Positions 1 through 14,652 are shown, numbered from the stretch's first letter. The stretch is 64,000 bases of DNA from Eledone cirrhosa (GCA_964016885.1 OZ024745.1:108314001-108378000), one strand, 5' to 3'. A program made the numbers and translations. The notes: generated by a model from the letters alone, not told the origin.

Positions 1-267
1 CATATATAGAACATTGTGGTTACAGATTGAGTTGAAATAATTATCTACAATGAAGGTAGAAGCAATGAAATATCAAGAATCTGAGAGAGAAATGCAGCAA
101 TTTGAAAAGTACATAATTTGTTGATGAGAATAGATATTTCATTGTGGGGATAAGAATTAATTCAATCTTTATCTGAAACTAGACCACCTGAAGAGAACTC
201 TGGTTGCATGTGACCTGCTTGACTACCTAGTTGTTTTCTTACACCTCCAAGATTCCACGTGTTTGTA

Positions 268-300
<33 letters not shown>

Positions 301-1148
301 GCATGCTATGTATATTATATATATAAATATATTGAATATATATGCATGTGTATGTATATTATATATACATATATACATACATATATATATATAGAGAGAG
401 AATATATATGTGTGAATATATTTTATATACATATAAATATATCAATGTATATTTATCGATAATACTCTGAAAATATTATCAACAAAATAACTGCCAACAG
501 AACTGCACACTCTTTTCACATTGGCCATGCATTGTTTGTATACATTTTTGGTGGGGAATAACTTGTCTTTGTTGGGACTGTTTGAAACTAATATATACAA
601 ATTCTCTCTTTCATTCTTTCCTCTATGTGTGATTGAGTATGTATATATCTTTTCTTTTGGTTCTGATATTTTTTTAATGTGTATATATATATATATATAT
701 ATGTATGTGTGCGTGTGTGTATGTACATATGTTTTTTATGCTTTTATATATATATATGTGTGTGTGTTTTATGCTTATATATATATATATATACATGTTT
801 TTTATGCTTTTATATATATGTGTGTTTTTTATATGAAATTTTGAAGGATTTCTGATTCTTTTTTTATTTTATTTTATTTTATTTTTATGCCTGATTCTAT
901 TGTATGAAGAAGTAAAACGTCTCAAAATATTATGGTGGATGAGTCACATGCAAATATATAAATGAACAATAGAGGAATATGAAATATTGAGCTAGGAGCA
1001 ATAAGAAGCAATAAGGTAGAGAAAAGAAAGAAAAAAAAAATGAATTTCACTTTAGTTTTCTTTGTAGCAGATTTTAAAAAAATATATGATTCCAAAATTT
1101 GCTTCAGACATGTTTACAGGTAAAAAAATAGGAAGTTTATATATATAT

Positions 1149-1179
<31 letters not shown>

Positions 1180-1682
1180 CACACACACACATATGTTTAC
1201 ATACACAAATATATGCATTATAGATACATACGTAGATACTTACATGTATGTATTATCCCCTCCCCCCCACACACACATGTGTGTATATATATATATATAT
1301 AGTGTGTTTGTATATATATGTATGTGTGATCCACATACACACACACACATATGTATATGTTATCCACATACACACACACCCATACATATATATATATATT
1401 ACACATTAAATACTTCTGAAACAAAAATATAAACTTAGATGTAATGCATTAAGTAAATCTTGATGAGATCTGAATAGTGACATGGTGAAATACTCAAGCT
1501 ATTATTAATTTTGTTTATCACTCAACATAAAAATATCTATAAACCATAAGTTTTTCTGTATCCTTAGCAATAATTGCATCTAAATACACACCAATCATGT
1601 GACTAGGAAATATTTAAGAATTAATATTTCGGGTAAAGTTTCCTAATTTCAATTTAGCTTGTAGATATTCTTAATCAATTAA

Positions 1683-1872
1683 TTGTTTCTAATTTTTGGC
1701 ACAAGGCCAGCAATTACCCCAGTGCATTACTGATGCTTTATTTTATCGACCCCGTAAGGATGAAAGGCAAAGTTAACCTCAGCAAGATTTGAACCCAGAA
1801 CGTAACGGGCCATAACTCTATGCTGCAAAGCATGGTGTCTGACGTTCTACTGATACTGCTAATCTATCACCC
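1683..1872 (-). mobile_element. tRNA-derived SINE family A (abundant, about 190 bp)
   Basis: Reverse complement of the copy at 49131-49319: A-box-like head, B-box GTTCAAATC, central GCCTTTCATCCTTACGGGGTCGATAAAATAAAG, 3' end GGCCTTGTGCCAAAA..GAAACAATT. About 20 copies occur in the window. Confidence 0.85.
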
Positions 1873-2059
1873 ATCAATTATTGCAATCTAATTTGCATAG
1901 ATTTTGATAAACGAGGGTTCCAGTTTCCATTTAATTAAACCTCTTGTTTACTGAATAATACAGTAACTGGTGAAACATTCTCTAGATATGTGTACCCTAA
2001 ATATAATAATACAGAGGACAAACTATCTGGATCACTAATTTACAAATACAACCCATCAG

Positions 2060-2420
2060 ATAGGTTTCTGCTTCAGACATGGAGAGCTAGCTGGCAACAG
2101 ACGTTTTGACCCACCCAACTGAATATCAACCCTAATGCAGCCCTCCCACCAGGTACTAACCACTCTCGCTACAAGTGGCTGTCCCTGAATCGGCTATGCA
2201 CAGGTATCAGCTGATTAAATGCAGTCATGCACCACGAGAGGCTACATCCATCAGAAGCTTGCCTGTGTGGCAGACTGTTGAACATATAGTGAGTGAGTGT
2301 CCAGATCTTCGCCTGCCTGAGTGTGTGGGCCTCACACACACACTCTAATCCCACTACTGTAAGCTGGTTGCAGTGCCTAGAGGACATCACGTGATTGTTG
2401 TTTCATACACAAGAAGAATA
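2060..2420 (+). mobile_element. degenerate 3' end of an Ingi/Vingi-like LINE
   Basis: Translates piecewise to PPG..W.SLNRLCTG..C.CG..QTVEHIVSECP (C-terminal zinc knuckle) and ends in CATACACAAGAAGAA. Confidence 0.55.
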
Positions 2421-3321
2421 AGGTTTCTGCACAGTTTCCATCTATTCAATTTCACTGAAAGCTTGGGTTGACATTAGGACATGGTTAAAAGTACTTAAAA
2501 GTAATGCACGGTGGGGGTCAAACCCAGAACCTTATGATTCGCAATTGAATCTCTTCACCACTTCCTCGGCCCAGCATCCACACATAAACTCAATAGTTTT
2601 GTTTATGCAACAATAGGGTTAATCAATATCATCAATGTACATCTGAATTGGCAACAGGCAAAAATCTGAAACCTGTCAACAAAAGTTAGAACAATGTATT
2701 GATAAATACAACAGACCACAGTCATTGGAGCTTTTTGGCTGCCACATGCACCTCAAGATGCAGGAGCTTCTAAGTCTATGTGAATAAATGGACATCTGCT
2801 TTCAATGATGGCATAGGCTGGACTAGTCAAAGGACTACATCTCACCCATGTTCTGTTTTTGCCATAGTTTCTATGTCTGGATGCCCTCCCTAACTCTAAC
2901 AACTTTACAAATTGTACCAGGTATATTTTATCATAGTACCAGCACTAGAATGGTTGTCATGTCCTTAAAATGACTAAAGATTCTTCTCTATCTTATGTTG
3001 TCACTGCCCAACCATCAAGTACTTTACAGAGTGTACTGAATGCATGAAATTGAGACATGAATACAAGAAACGTTGTCTTGTCCTCTACAAAACTAATTCA
3101 AAATTACAGATAATGCTGATAATACTAAAAGCTGGGATACAGATGTTAAGTGGGTATCTTAGATTTTCGAGTAGGTACACCAAACCCCTGAGTGCTATAA
3201 CAGATAATTATGGAGAATCTCTGACAATGTAACACTATTTCAGAAATTCCTGTCAAGCCTGTGACAGCATGGAATAGTGAATGATAATGATGACTGATAC
3301 ACTGATATGGATTATACAATA

Positions 3322-3908
3322 TATAATTATATTTATAAAAACCAACAGCAATGCCAAAAAAAATCTACAACAAACAGGAGAAAATAGGTGTAGGAGGAAT
3401 ATAACAAAAAAGTGTTTTGTGGTAAAGTCAATTGCATCTAATTTGACTGAAATAAATGTCCCACCTTTCTCTCTCTCTTTCTACATCTTTTTCATCTTGA
3501 TACTGAGTTGCTGTTGTTTGTTGTTGTTGTTGTTTAGCCCCAGCAAAGACTTTTGTTAGAAAAAAAAAAAAAATGTATAATGTTTCTTCAAATGACCTTT
3601 ATCTAATAATTTCAAAATATTTTTTACTTAGTCTTTGCTGATGTTCAATATACAATTTTTGCTGTTTTCACAAAAAAAATGTATATATATCACTTAAGAT
3701 AGGACAAGAGATATAACAATAATCACTGTGTTATATTTTATTACAAAATTTTACATTGAAAAGAAAACTAAACCAAATATTTAAATGATTTCTATATTTT
3801 TTTTTTTTTTTAAGGAAATCTAGATAATAGAGATTAAAATAAGAAAAACCTGATACAAATTTGAATAAACTTCACTTCTAAAGTGACATTTACTGTTCTC
3901 TCTCTCTC

Positions 3909-3981
<73 letters not shown>

Positions 3982-5407
3982 ATATGTATGTGTGTAATAT
4001 TGAATTTTAACAATGACAGTGAAGGTGATAGCAATATTGAACATGTCATTTCTTTCCATATTCAAAATTTTAGTGCTCTTAATGAAAACAGTACACTGAT
4101 GTTAAACACAAATTTTATGTCTCAACGTTTGACACCTTATTAAGTAATAATAATGGGGGTGGTGGTGATGATGATAATGATGATGGTGATCGTGGTGGTG
4201 GTGGCAGTGTGCTCTCATTTTGTGTTAAGAAGAGTCAACTTCTAATTGAGTGAGCTTTTATTTGGTTTCTCGACCTGCTAGAAATAACAGCCAAATTTCA
4301 TTTATATCACACCGTATTAGTTGAAAAAAAATAAAGATATAACAGTAATGCAGTCCTAGCTACACTATGTGTAAAAAAAATGTGGGATAAATCGTCTTTG
4401 CAGAACTATGATCAATGATGTTCCATCAACAATTGGCCTCTGTTTTTCAGTGTATCTGTAACTAATAATTTAAAAAGTGTCCTTTTTTTAAGAGAAAGTG
4501 TGTGAATTGAGGGAAATATGACTTATTTCCTTCTCTGACTAACTTATATAAAAGACCACACACGCACACATACACAAATATACCCACACACACTCACACA
4601 TATATATATAGAGAGAGTCAACGGGTGAAGGACAGGGCTCATGACCATTTTCTAGCTCTCTGGGACTGGTGAAGTATCCAAACTTGGAGGCCTATCCTAA
4701 ATGCTTACAACAGAGTGAACCCCACTAACTACACCTAAGGGCTAGTTTTTTCCCCCTGTTACAACAAGCAATAGATTAAATCTAACACCAGAGTAATCCA
4801 TAATGAGATTTGAACTCAGAAGAGAAAGAACCAAAACAGAACACAAGAGGTAAAGACACAATGATCAAGAGAAAGATGGGATCGTCATGGCTGGAATACA
4901 TCTGGTTATAAATCTACTTTATCAAGGTTTGTTCTGAGGTTATACAACAACAACAAACCACCCAGAGATTCTCTGTTTGGTCGTTTGACATGCTAGAAAA
5001 AGCAACGAAATCTGTCAAATCACACAGTTTGTATGGAAGACCACATTAGATAACATTAGGGTTATAGGCAAAGCCCTACAAAAATGAGGATGAATGGTCA
5101 GGGCAGAAACACAATGGATCATAGGTCTGCTCTATCAAGTTTGACCTGGGGCTAAAACAACAACAGCAACATAGTATGAAGATAAAAAGAAAGATGTAGA
5201 TGGGGAAATAAATAAATAAATATATACATATATATATACATATATATATATAGAGAATATAGAGAGAGAGAGAGGTGGGACATTTATTTCAGTCAAAGTT
5301 TATGCAATTGACTTTGCCACAAAACACTTTTGTTATATTCCTCCTACACCTACTGTTTGTTGTTGATGTTGTTGTTTTAACATTGCTGTTGTTTTTATAT
5401 ATAATTG
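3322..5407. repeat. diverged inverted repeat, arms about 3322-3543 and 5147-5407
   Basis: GGTGTAGGAGGAATATAACAAAA..GTCAATTGCAT..TTTGACTGAAATAAATGTCCCACCT is matched by its reverse complement at 5265-5407. The match continues to TTAGCCCCAG / CTGGGGCTAA. Confidence 0.85.
3911..3980. repeat. (TG)n microsatellite
   Basis: Pure TG run. Confidence 0.97.
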
Positions 5408-5462
5408 ATGAAACTGCTTCCATCTTCACAGTCTCAGTCTCACCATTTTCTTACTCACTCAC

Positions 5463-5503
5463 TTCCATTTCGGCTAAAGAAGCAATTATGATGTCAGCGG
5501 CAT
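5463..5503 (-). CDS. candidate 41-nt internal exon of an unidentified host gene ((x)[13 protein letters not shown])
   Basis: Minus strand reads tttttttcctcttcag|ATGCCGCTGACATCATAATTGCTTCTTTAGCCGAAATGGAA|gtgagt: strong acceptor and donor, non-repetitive sequence, open frame (phase 1 to 0). Protein not recognised. Confidence 0.45.
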
Positions 5504-5726
5504 CTGAAGAGGAAAAAAACGTTGACACTATACTATACAATGTTTTTTGGGGGTATTTTTTCATTTTTCAATTCTTTTTTTTTTTCTCTTTTTGTATTTT
5601 ACTGTCGATTACTTCTTTCATTCGGGGTTTTTTCCCCCCCTTCTTTTGTTCTCTATAAACAGATAAGACACCAAAACTTCTTGCAGGCACACAATTTCGT
5701 ACCATATTTTTTCTTCCTTTGTTTCA

Positions 5727-5764
5727 TATATACATATATACACATGTCTGTGTATATCTATATA

Positions 5765-5840
<76 letters not shown>

Positions 5841-5902
5841 CATACATATGTATCTATGAGTGTCTGTGTGATTATATGTATATATGTATATAAATATATA
5901 TA

Positions 5903-5962
<60 letters not shown>
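5727..5962. repeat. (TA)n-rich microsatellite
   Basis: Long interrupted TA runs. Confidence 0.95.
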
Positions 5963-5964
<2 letters not shown>

Positions 5965-6169
5965 CACAACTCTTATTTACCATTCTTTGTTCACGAAACC
6001 AAACAAAACCCCTTTCATGTGACATTAACGTTTTAGAAGATTTGCAACTCCAAACCAAAGCTCTTGCCGCAACACGCATACACAGATTCACCCCTCCCCC
6101 CACACACACAAGGTTTAGAAACTTATTTCTTTCACCCTCACTCACACACACACCAATGTGCATGTGTAT

Positions 6170-6222
6170 GGTGTGTATGTATATATATATATAATTTATA
6201 TACATATACATACATACGTACA

Positions 6223-6261
<39 letters not shown>

Positions 6262-6421
6262 CAGATACATATATACATATACATAATTCATATACATATA
6301 TACATACATATATATATATAATTCATATACATATATATATATATACATATATATACATACATATAATATACATATACATACATATATATATACATACATA
6401 CATATATATATATATACATAC

Positions 6422-6472
<51 letters not shown>

Positions 6473-6972
6473 CATACATATATATATACATATATATATA
6501 TACATATATATATATACATATATATATATATACATATACATACATACATTCATACATACACATATATATACATATACATTGATACATACACATATATATA
6601 CATATACATGCATACATACACATATATATATACATATACATTCATACATACACATATATATATACATATACATTCATACATACACATATATATATACATA
6701 TACATTCATACATACACATATATATATATATACATATACATACATATATATACATATACATACATATATATACATATACATACATATATATACATATACA
6801 TACATATATATATATATATATACATTCATACATATACATATACATACATATATATATATATATATACATTCATACATACATATATATATATATATATACA
6901 TTCATTCATACATACACACACATATATATATACATATATACATTCATACATACACATACAAAATACATACAT

Positions 6973-7009
<37 letters not shown>

Positions 7010-7010
7010 C
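6170..7010. repeat. compound (TA)n/(TACA)n microsatellite field
   Basis: About 840 bp of degenerate TA/TACA repeats; source of the spurious YIYI ORFs. Confidence 0.95.
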
Positions 7011-7249
7011 TATTTCTTCCTGAGGTTTCTAAGCACACCTACATCCACTAATGCGTAAATCTGTTTTCTTATAAACAACTTAAGCCTTGTACAATAGGTA
7101 TGTTTATAAAATAGATTTGCTGTGGGTACACATATGGCTTCCACTACCCAAGAACAGAAGAATACGAAATCTGGTTTACTTTCTCCACATGTCGATTCCG
7201 ATTTTTAGTGGATTGTTTGATAGACTGGCTACACAGACACAGAGTACAA

Positions 7250-7328
<79 letters not shown>

Positions 7329-7354
7329 CAGAATGTTCAACCCTTGTATATGTG

Positions 7355-7404
<50 letters not shown>

Positions 7405-7407
<3 letters not shown>

Positions 7408-7536
7408 GTTATTCCGGGTTGAATCGGAGGTAACCACAGTAAGTAAGGTACTCAATACATTGCAGAGTATAAAAGTTTTAATATAGATGAGATTCTACAG
7501 GACTAGAACTGTTTCATTCTTTAGAAATCATCAGGA
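7405..7536 (-). mobile_element. Penelope pLTR-like fragment between (TA)n tracts (degenerate hammerhead core plus tail motif)
   Basis: Minus strand has CTGATGA-tttctaaagaat-GAAA followed by ACTCTGCAATGTATTGAGTACC. Confidence 0.5.
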
Positions 7537-7626
7537 ATATATATATATATATATACAAGGGTTGAAAATTCGTTGGTTGAAACACGCGTCCTGAAGTATA
7601 GTTTGCTAATTTGATGTGGAACTAAA

Positions 7627-7711
<85 letters not shown>

Positions 7712-7719
7712 ATATATAT

Positions 7720-7917
7720 AACGGAGGAAATGTGGTAAGGAACCAGGTGGACCATAACGCACCAAAGTACTCAATACTTAGGGTAGTAGAGTGGGTAATA
7801 GGAACGAGTAGGACCCCGACGGCTGAGCTCAAGCCGTCTCGACGACTAATTCTTCTAGTCCAGAATTAGCCGTCGAAACGGCTTGAGCTCAGCCGTCGGG
7901 GTCCTACTCGTTCCTAT
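7720..7917 (-). mobile_element. palindromic hammerhead-derived mini-element with tail, in (TA)n (family X)
   Basis: 56-bp arms (7798-7853 / 7862-7917). Arm reads GAAA-CGGCT-TGAGCTC-AGCCG-TC-GGGG (hammerhead stem III plus GUC site). Tail 7720-7797 nearly matches 10860-10945. Confidence 0.75.
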
Positions 7918-8005
7918 ATATATATATATATATATAAGTTGTCCCCAAAATATGTATACACACATAAACAGAATGCTGTTGAAATGTGTATACATGATGA
8001 TGAGA

Positions 8006-8079
8006 CAGGGTGTCCCCCAAAAATGTATACACATTTCAACAGCATTCTGTTTATGTGTATATACATTTTTTGGGGACAA

Positions 8080-8082
<3 letters not shown>
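8006..8082. mobile_element. Tc1/mariner-type MITE (related copies at 8904-8980 and, partial, 7937-7995)
   Basis: TIR CAGGGTGTCCCCCAAAAATGTATAC; same family as 13533-13610. Confidence 0.7.
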
Positions 8083-8165
<83 letters not shown>

Positions 8166-8229
8166 GTTCCATATCAAATTAGCAAACCATACTTAAGGAC
8201 GCGTGTTTCAACCAACGAATTTTCAACCC

Positions 8230-8281
<52 letters not shown>

Positions 8282-8866
8282 TCATCATCATCATCATCAT
8301 CGTTTAACGTCCATGTTCCACGCTTGCATGGGTTATATATATATACAAGGGTTGAAAATTCTGATTATATATATATATATATATATAAAAAACATGAGAA
8401 GAATGAATACTGCGTGGTTGCACATGGGTTACATATGATAAAAATAGTCCTTCATCAGTGATTTTCCAACCTTCATTGGTATTTCATCGCTTTAAAAATC
8501 AGATACCTCCAGTTGGTGCGAGCAACAGCTAAATAAAGCTATTGGGACAAGTAAATCGCGTAAAGCGAGCGAGACAGGTAAACAAACATAGAAGGATAGC
8601 AACGCAAAGATAGGAAAAAACAAGCACATGGGAGTCCGATCAGCTTTAGCTGTGTGGATTTCATGGGCGAGAGACAACAGACCGTCCGACGCGAGTGAGG
8701 TGTGAGCAAGAAAGGACCCCACTTCTGGCCAAACGGGAGGAAGTGAGAAGGGAAGAAGCAGAGAGTGAGTGAGTGGAAGTGCGAATATATATATACAAGG
8801 GTTGAAAATTCGTTGGTTGAAACACGCGTCCTTAAGTATGGTTTGCTAATTTGATGTGGAACTAAA

Positions 8867-8899
<33 letters not shown>

Positions 8900-9325
8900 T
8901 TATAAGTCGTCCCCCAAAAATGTATACACACATAAACAAAATGCTGTTGAAATGTGTATACATTTTTGGGGGACACCCTGTGTCATCATCATCGTTTAAC
9001 GTCTATCTTCCATGATACATATATATGTTTGTGTGTGTGTGCGTGTTTGTGTGTGTGTATTCTATGGTTCCTAGTGCAATCCTATTGTACAGTAAGTCTC
9101 TTCTGATGTTGTCTTGTGTTGAACACTGTCTAATGAGTGGGATTTGCTACACAAAAACCACACACAAGCATGTGCAAAATTTGCTGAAAATGAGTTGGAA
9201 AGATCTCCAAACTGTGTACCTGCTGTAAGCTATGAGTGTACAAAAAAGTGTTGTAGGATCACATCACAGGCAGGCTAACACAGAAAACAGATTTTGGGTG
9301 TATCATATGTCTAAGGGTATGGCAT

Positions 9326-9617
9326 GGTATGGTCCCGTAACTCCTAATAGAGTTGTAAGGGCACCGTATTGACATACAGCATTTCTTGGTCATTTTAAGC
9401 CAGGCGGCGTCCATCCCCCTCCAGGCCTGAGGACAGCAGATTTCTTCCAGAAAAGGAAGAATCGACCCCAGTACTAGACTGATACTTTGTTTATTGACTT
9501 CGAAAGGATGAAAGGCTAAGTTGACCGTGGCAGGATTTGAACTCAGAGAGCAGAGAACTGGAACGAATACCATAAAGAATCTATCCAATGTTTTAACGAC
9601 TCTGTCAATTCGCTGCC
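9326..9617 (-). mobile_element. SINE family A variant with a distinct long 3' tail (second copy 15625-15947)
   Basis: SINE-A head and core joined to GCCTGGCTTAAAATG..GGAGTTACGGGACCATAC; the two dispersed copies share this junction. Confidence 0.7.
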
Positions 9618-9789
9618 TATATGTGTAAGGGGAGTTGTAGAAACATCAGTGAAATAACCACAGAAGTAGTTGATAGCTTGTCACCAACTATGACCTAATT
9701 AATGGAAGAAGGAGCTCTTAAAACATAGTAGTCAGCAGAATAAGAACAAGGTGGAAAAAGTTCAGGGAACTACTAACTCTGCAAACATT

Positions 9790-10586
9790 TGAGCAAAGGG
9801 TAGATTGTATGATATCTGTGTATGAAGTGCAATGCTGTGTGGCAATGAGGCATGGGCACTAAATGCAGAGGATGCGGAAAATCTATAAAGAAATTCATGT
9901 GGCAGATGGAAAGTAAATGTTAGTAGTAAGAACACCAGCGAAATAATTTTTTTACAAGCTCTGTAAGGTACCAAAGAAGTAATCAATAGCTTCTGTTACC
10001 TAGGTGACCTAATTAGCAGTGGAGAGGGTTGCTTTGAAGGTTAGTAACTAAAATAAGGGTAAGATGGAAAAGGTTCAGAGCTATTACCTTTGTTGACGAC
10101 AAAAGGTTTCTCTCCCTGAACAAAGGGCTAGCTGTGTGATGCCTTCATAGGAAGTGCAATGTTACATGGAAGTGAAACATGGGCAGGAAATTCAAAGGAT
10201 ATGTGAAGGCTGGGTAGAAATAAAGTGAGCATGCTTTGATGGATGTGTAATGTTAATATGCATGAATGACAGGGTGTGAATGTACTGAGAGAAAAACTGA
10301 GAATAAAACAAAGATATAGTGTGTATGAAAGAAAGCTGCATTCGTGTGGACAAGTGATGTGTATGGATGATGACTGCCAAGCGATCCCAGTGAATGAAAT
10401 TAGAGTACAGGAAAACTGAGGAAGACTTAGACAGAAGCGTTGGAACCTGGTTTCAAAACACTGAACCTCACAGAGGAGATGATAAAGGAATGAAATAGGC
10501 AAAGTGAAGCTGCATAGGAAAAGATTCACTCAACCAATTATAAGGATGGAAATACAGATATGAAATGCTGATGTTGATGATGATGA
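9790..10586 (+). mobile_element. degenerate 3' fragment of an RTE LINE
   Basis: Similar to 46330-46950 (..KGRLYD.CV..AML.GSETWA..), many stops, (GAT)n tail. Confidence 0.75.
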
Positions 10587-10746
10587 TTTATATATATATT
10601 GATAGTCTGCTGTATAAGGACAAGGGAGATTACAAATCAGAGTAGTACACAATACATGGTAAGATGTAGAGTGGGTATATTAGTGAAGTAGAGCATCTTC
10701 TTGGAGACAAATAGCCGAATCCACCTGAGCTCATGGTCAATCCTCT

Positions 10747-10945
10747 ATATTTGACCCCGACGGCAGAGCTCAAGCCGTTTTGACAGATATTTCTGGGCCA
10801 TTTCTGGGACAGAAATAGCCGTTGAAACGGCTTGAGCTCTGCCGTCGGGGTCAAACATTTTCCTATTACCCACTCTACTACCCTAAGTATTGAGTACTCT
10901 GGTGCATTATGGTCCATCTGGTTCCTTACCACACCGCCTTCGTTA
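10747..10945 (+). mobile_element. palindromic hammerhead-derived mini-element with tail (family X)
   Basis: Arms about 10747-10795 / 10810-10858, GAAACGGCTTGAGCTCTGCCGTC-GGGG, tail motif ACTCTA..TTGAGTACT, ends in (TA)n. Confidence 0.75.
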
Positions 10946-10964
10946 TATATATATGTATATGTAA

Positions 10965-11067
<103 letters not shown>

Positions 11068-11082
11068 GGATGACAACTGCAT

Positions 11083-11516
11083 AAAAAGGTGCAGAGCACT
11101 AGAAGTCGATGGAAACCGCGGAGTGGGGAGACCCAAGATGACCTGGGATGAGGTGATAAAAGCCGACCTTACCCAATTACACCTCTCAAAGGCGATGACA
11201 CACGACCGTGACCTCTGGCGTCACGCAGTAATACAGAGTACCCGACCTCCCATGGGTACCAGCTGAAGCATATAGACAATATGCCCCCACACCCTCCCAC
11301 TGCAAGGTGGTCATGGAGGTGCCACGGCAAAAAAGCACCCAGCCCACACTGTAAAGTGGACGTGTAGGCGCCACGAAAAAGCACCCAGCACTCACTGTAA
11401 ATGAGGTTGGTGTTAGGAAGGGCATCCAGCTGTAGAAATCAAGCTAGAATCAGTTCCCATCCCACCCTTGCAAGCAGGGAAAAAGCAGACGTAAAATGAA
11501 ATGATGATGATGATGA
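11083..11516 (+). mobile_element. 5'-truncated RTE LINE end with repeat-containing 3' region
   Basis: [36 protein letters not shown].. followed by internal repeats, GGTGTTAGGAAGGGCATCC and a (GAT)n tail. A longer copy is at 36870-37453. Confidence 0.8.
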
Positions 11517-11532
11517 TATATATATATATATA

Positions 11533-11866
<334 letters not shown>

Positions 11867-13127
11867 GCACAGAACAACAAGAAATTAAGAAAATTAACAT
11901 AGAGGAATAAATAGAACAAGGCTCAAATTACTTTCATCAGGTATTGTTTGGAGGTCCTTACAATTTCGGAGTCTGAAGATTAGTGTCGCTAGCTTGAGTG
12001 GTGCCAATAGCTGTTTAAAAAGTAGCTACTAGGGAATGGGGTAGTAAAAACAAAAAATAAATAAATAATATATATATATACAACAATGGATATAAGTATC
12101 AAAGTCTTTTGACTGAGACATACTTCACAAGACAGAAGAAAATAACAGACAGTAAGGATAAGCAGGAAACAGACTTACAATAATATACTTTAACTGAAAA
12201 AAATCAAATACAAAGCAAGAAATTTATCATCATCAACATCATCACCTTTTAATGTCCATTTCATGTTGTAAGCAATGTCAATTCATGTGACCATGTCTTT
12301 CTCATACAGAGCTGATTTGGGCTTGGTTTCTACAGCCGAATGCCCTTCCTAGTGCCAACCTCATCTACAGTGAGTATTGGGTGCATTTTGTCATGTCACC
12401 TACATGACCACTTTACAGTGAGGACTGGGTGTTTTTTGCCATGACACTGTAAAGTGGTCCAATTGCCCAAACAAATAACACTGAAGAAGAGATAGAAATT
12501 CAGTATGGAAGGCAAGAATATAACTAACAGTAATGGTATGTAATTATCCAAGCGGAACAGTGTATAGTAACAGCTGACAGGAAGTGAAGTAAAAGACAAG
12601 AGTATAAGGAGTAAAATGGTAACAACAAAAATGGAAGAAGGAAAGAGAGCAAGAATTGCAGATAATGGTTTCCAATTTAGAGAAGACACCAGCAATTTAG
12701 AGAGAGGGCTAGGTCAATAAAATTGAGTCCAGTACTTGACTGGCACTCTTATTTTATTGAACCAGAAAGAATGAAAGGCAAAATTGACCTGAAAAGATAA
12801 AGAACCAGAAGAAATGTTATAAAACATTTGGTCCAACTCTCTAATCCATTACTGTTGCAGATAATAAAATGTCTACATAGTTTTAGTGATATAAATATGG
12901 AAGAAAAATTAAGAAAATTGGACAATGAAATTGAATAAAAACAAACACAAATTCTCTTCATCAGCTTATTTTGAGTTTCTTTATATGTAAATAAGTTTAT
13001 GCGAGTGTCTTACCCATACATTCCAATAACCAGCCAAGATTTTCCCATATCACAAATCCTACTATCATCATATAAAGACCAATATGAATGGCAAATACGA
13101 TATATTTAAGATAGCATGTTCACACTA

Positions 13128-13492
13128 ATCATCATCATCATTTTACGTCCGCTTTTTCCTGCTTGCAAGGGTGGGACGGGAACTGATTCTGGCTTGATTT
13201 CTAAAGCTGGATGCCCTTCCTAACACCAACCTCATTTACAGTGAGTGCTGGGTGCTTTTTTTCCGTGGCGCCTACACAACCACTTTACAGTGTGGGCTGG
13301 GTGCTTTTTTGCCGTGGCACCTCCATGACCACTTTGCAGTGGAATGATAGGGACCCCCAGTCCCTATCATCTCATTTCTACAGCTGAGTAAACTGGAGCA
13401 ATGTGAAATAAAGTGTCTTGCTCAAGGAAACAACACATCACCTGGTCTGAGAATTGAACTCACAACCTTTTGATTGCAAGCTATGTGCTTCC
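13128..13492 (-). mobile_element. SINE family B (tRNA head + CORE-like domain + RTE-type tail)
   Basis: Near-identical to 21825-22169 with one extra internal repeat unit. Confidence 0.8.
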
Positions 13493-13532
<40 letters not shown>

Positions 13533-13535
<3 letters not shown>

Positions 13536-13610
13536 GGTGTCCCCAAAAAATGTATACACACTTCAACAGCAGATAACTCAGATGTGTATACATTTTGAGG
13601 GGACACCCTG
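13533..13610. mobile_element. 78-bp Tc1/mariner-type MITE
   Basis: TA|CAGGGTGTCCCC..TGTATACACA … TGTGTATACA..GGGGACACCCTG terminal inverted repeats, adjoining (TA)n. Confidence 0.8.
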
Positions 13611-13943
13611 CATATGTTTATATATATATATACATATATACACACACACATATATATATATATATACACATATGCACACACACATATATATATATATCCA
13701 CAGACACACACATACACACACACACATACACATATATATGCTTATATATACACACAACAGATATATATATATAGATATATACCCCTCCCCCCCACACCCA
13801 CATATGCATACATATACATATATATATATCCACACACACACACACACATGCATACATTAAGAAGTTTTCATAATGTTGCTGTCATCATCCAACCAGCCAC
13901 ACACCCCTAATGCAGCCCTGTCGCTTGTGTGTATCCGGCTTGC

Positions 13944-14250
<307 letters not shown>

Positions 14251-14258
14251 GATGTGTG

Positions 14259-14289
<31 letters not shown>

Positions 14290-14294
14290 GTGCC

Positions 14295-14331
<37 letters not shown>

Positions 14332-14652
14332 ATGAAAGAAAGGTGGCAATGAGGTAATTGTCTGCGTGACATCATACAATCAAGTGGATGTGATGTGCTG
14401 CAGATCATTTAAGATAGGTGAAAGAACCAGAGAAATGATGACTAGAAAAATGCAAGACAATGTTACCCAGAAGAATAGCTAACTTTCCTTAAGTTTAGCT
14501 CATTGGGGAATTAGAAGAGATAATTAACTGGCTGCAACTCTGAATATGAAACAACTCAGGGAAGAAGATCTGTTTACTATAGTCAAATCAGCTTTTACAA
14601 ATTATTGTTCACACTTGAACATTTTCTTTCTTTATCTTTTATTGTGGTCATT

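Larger units (their letters stand above)
7556..8992. repeat. composite unit present three times in +/-/+ orientation (7556-7995, 7996-8233, 8795-8992)
   Basis: Unit = CAAGGGTTGAAAATTCGTTGGTTGAAACACGCGTCC..AAATC + (CT)n + (TA)n + Tc1/mariner MITE. Confidence 0.85.

Noticed and set aside
8430-8480. CTGATGA on the minus strand at the end of a unique segment of about 400 bp between (TA)n tracts
   Set aside because: Stem II 3' strand and GAAA are absent; possibly a deleted pLTR, but unsupported.
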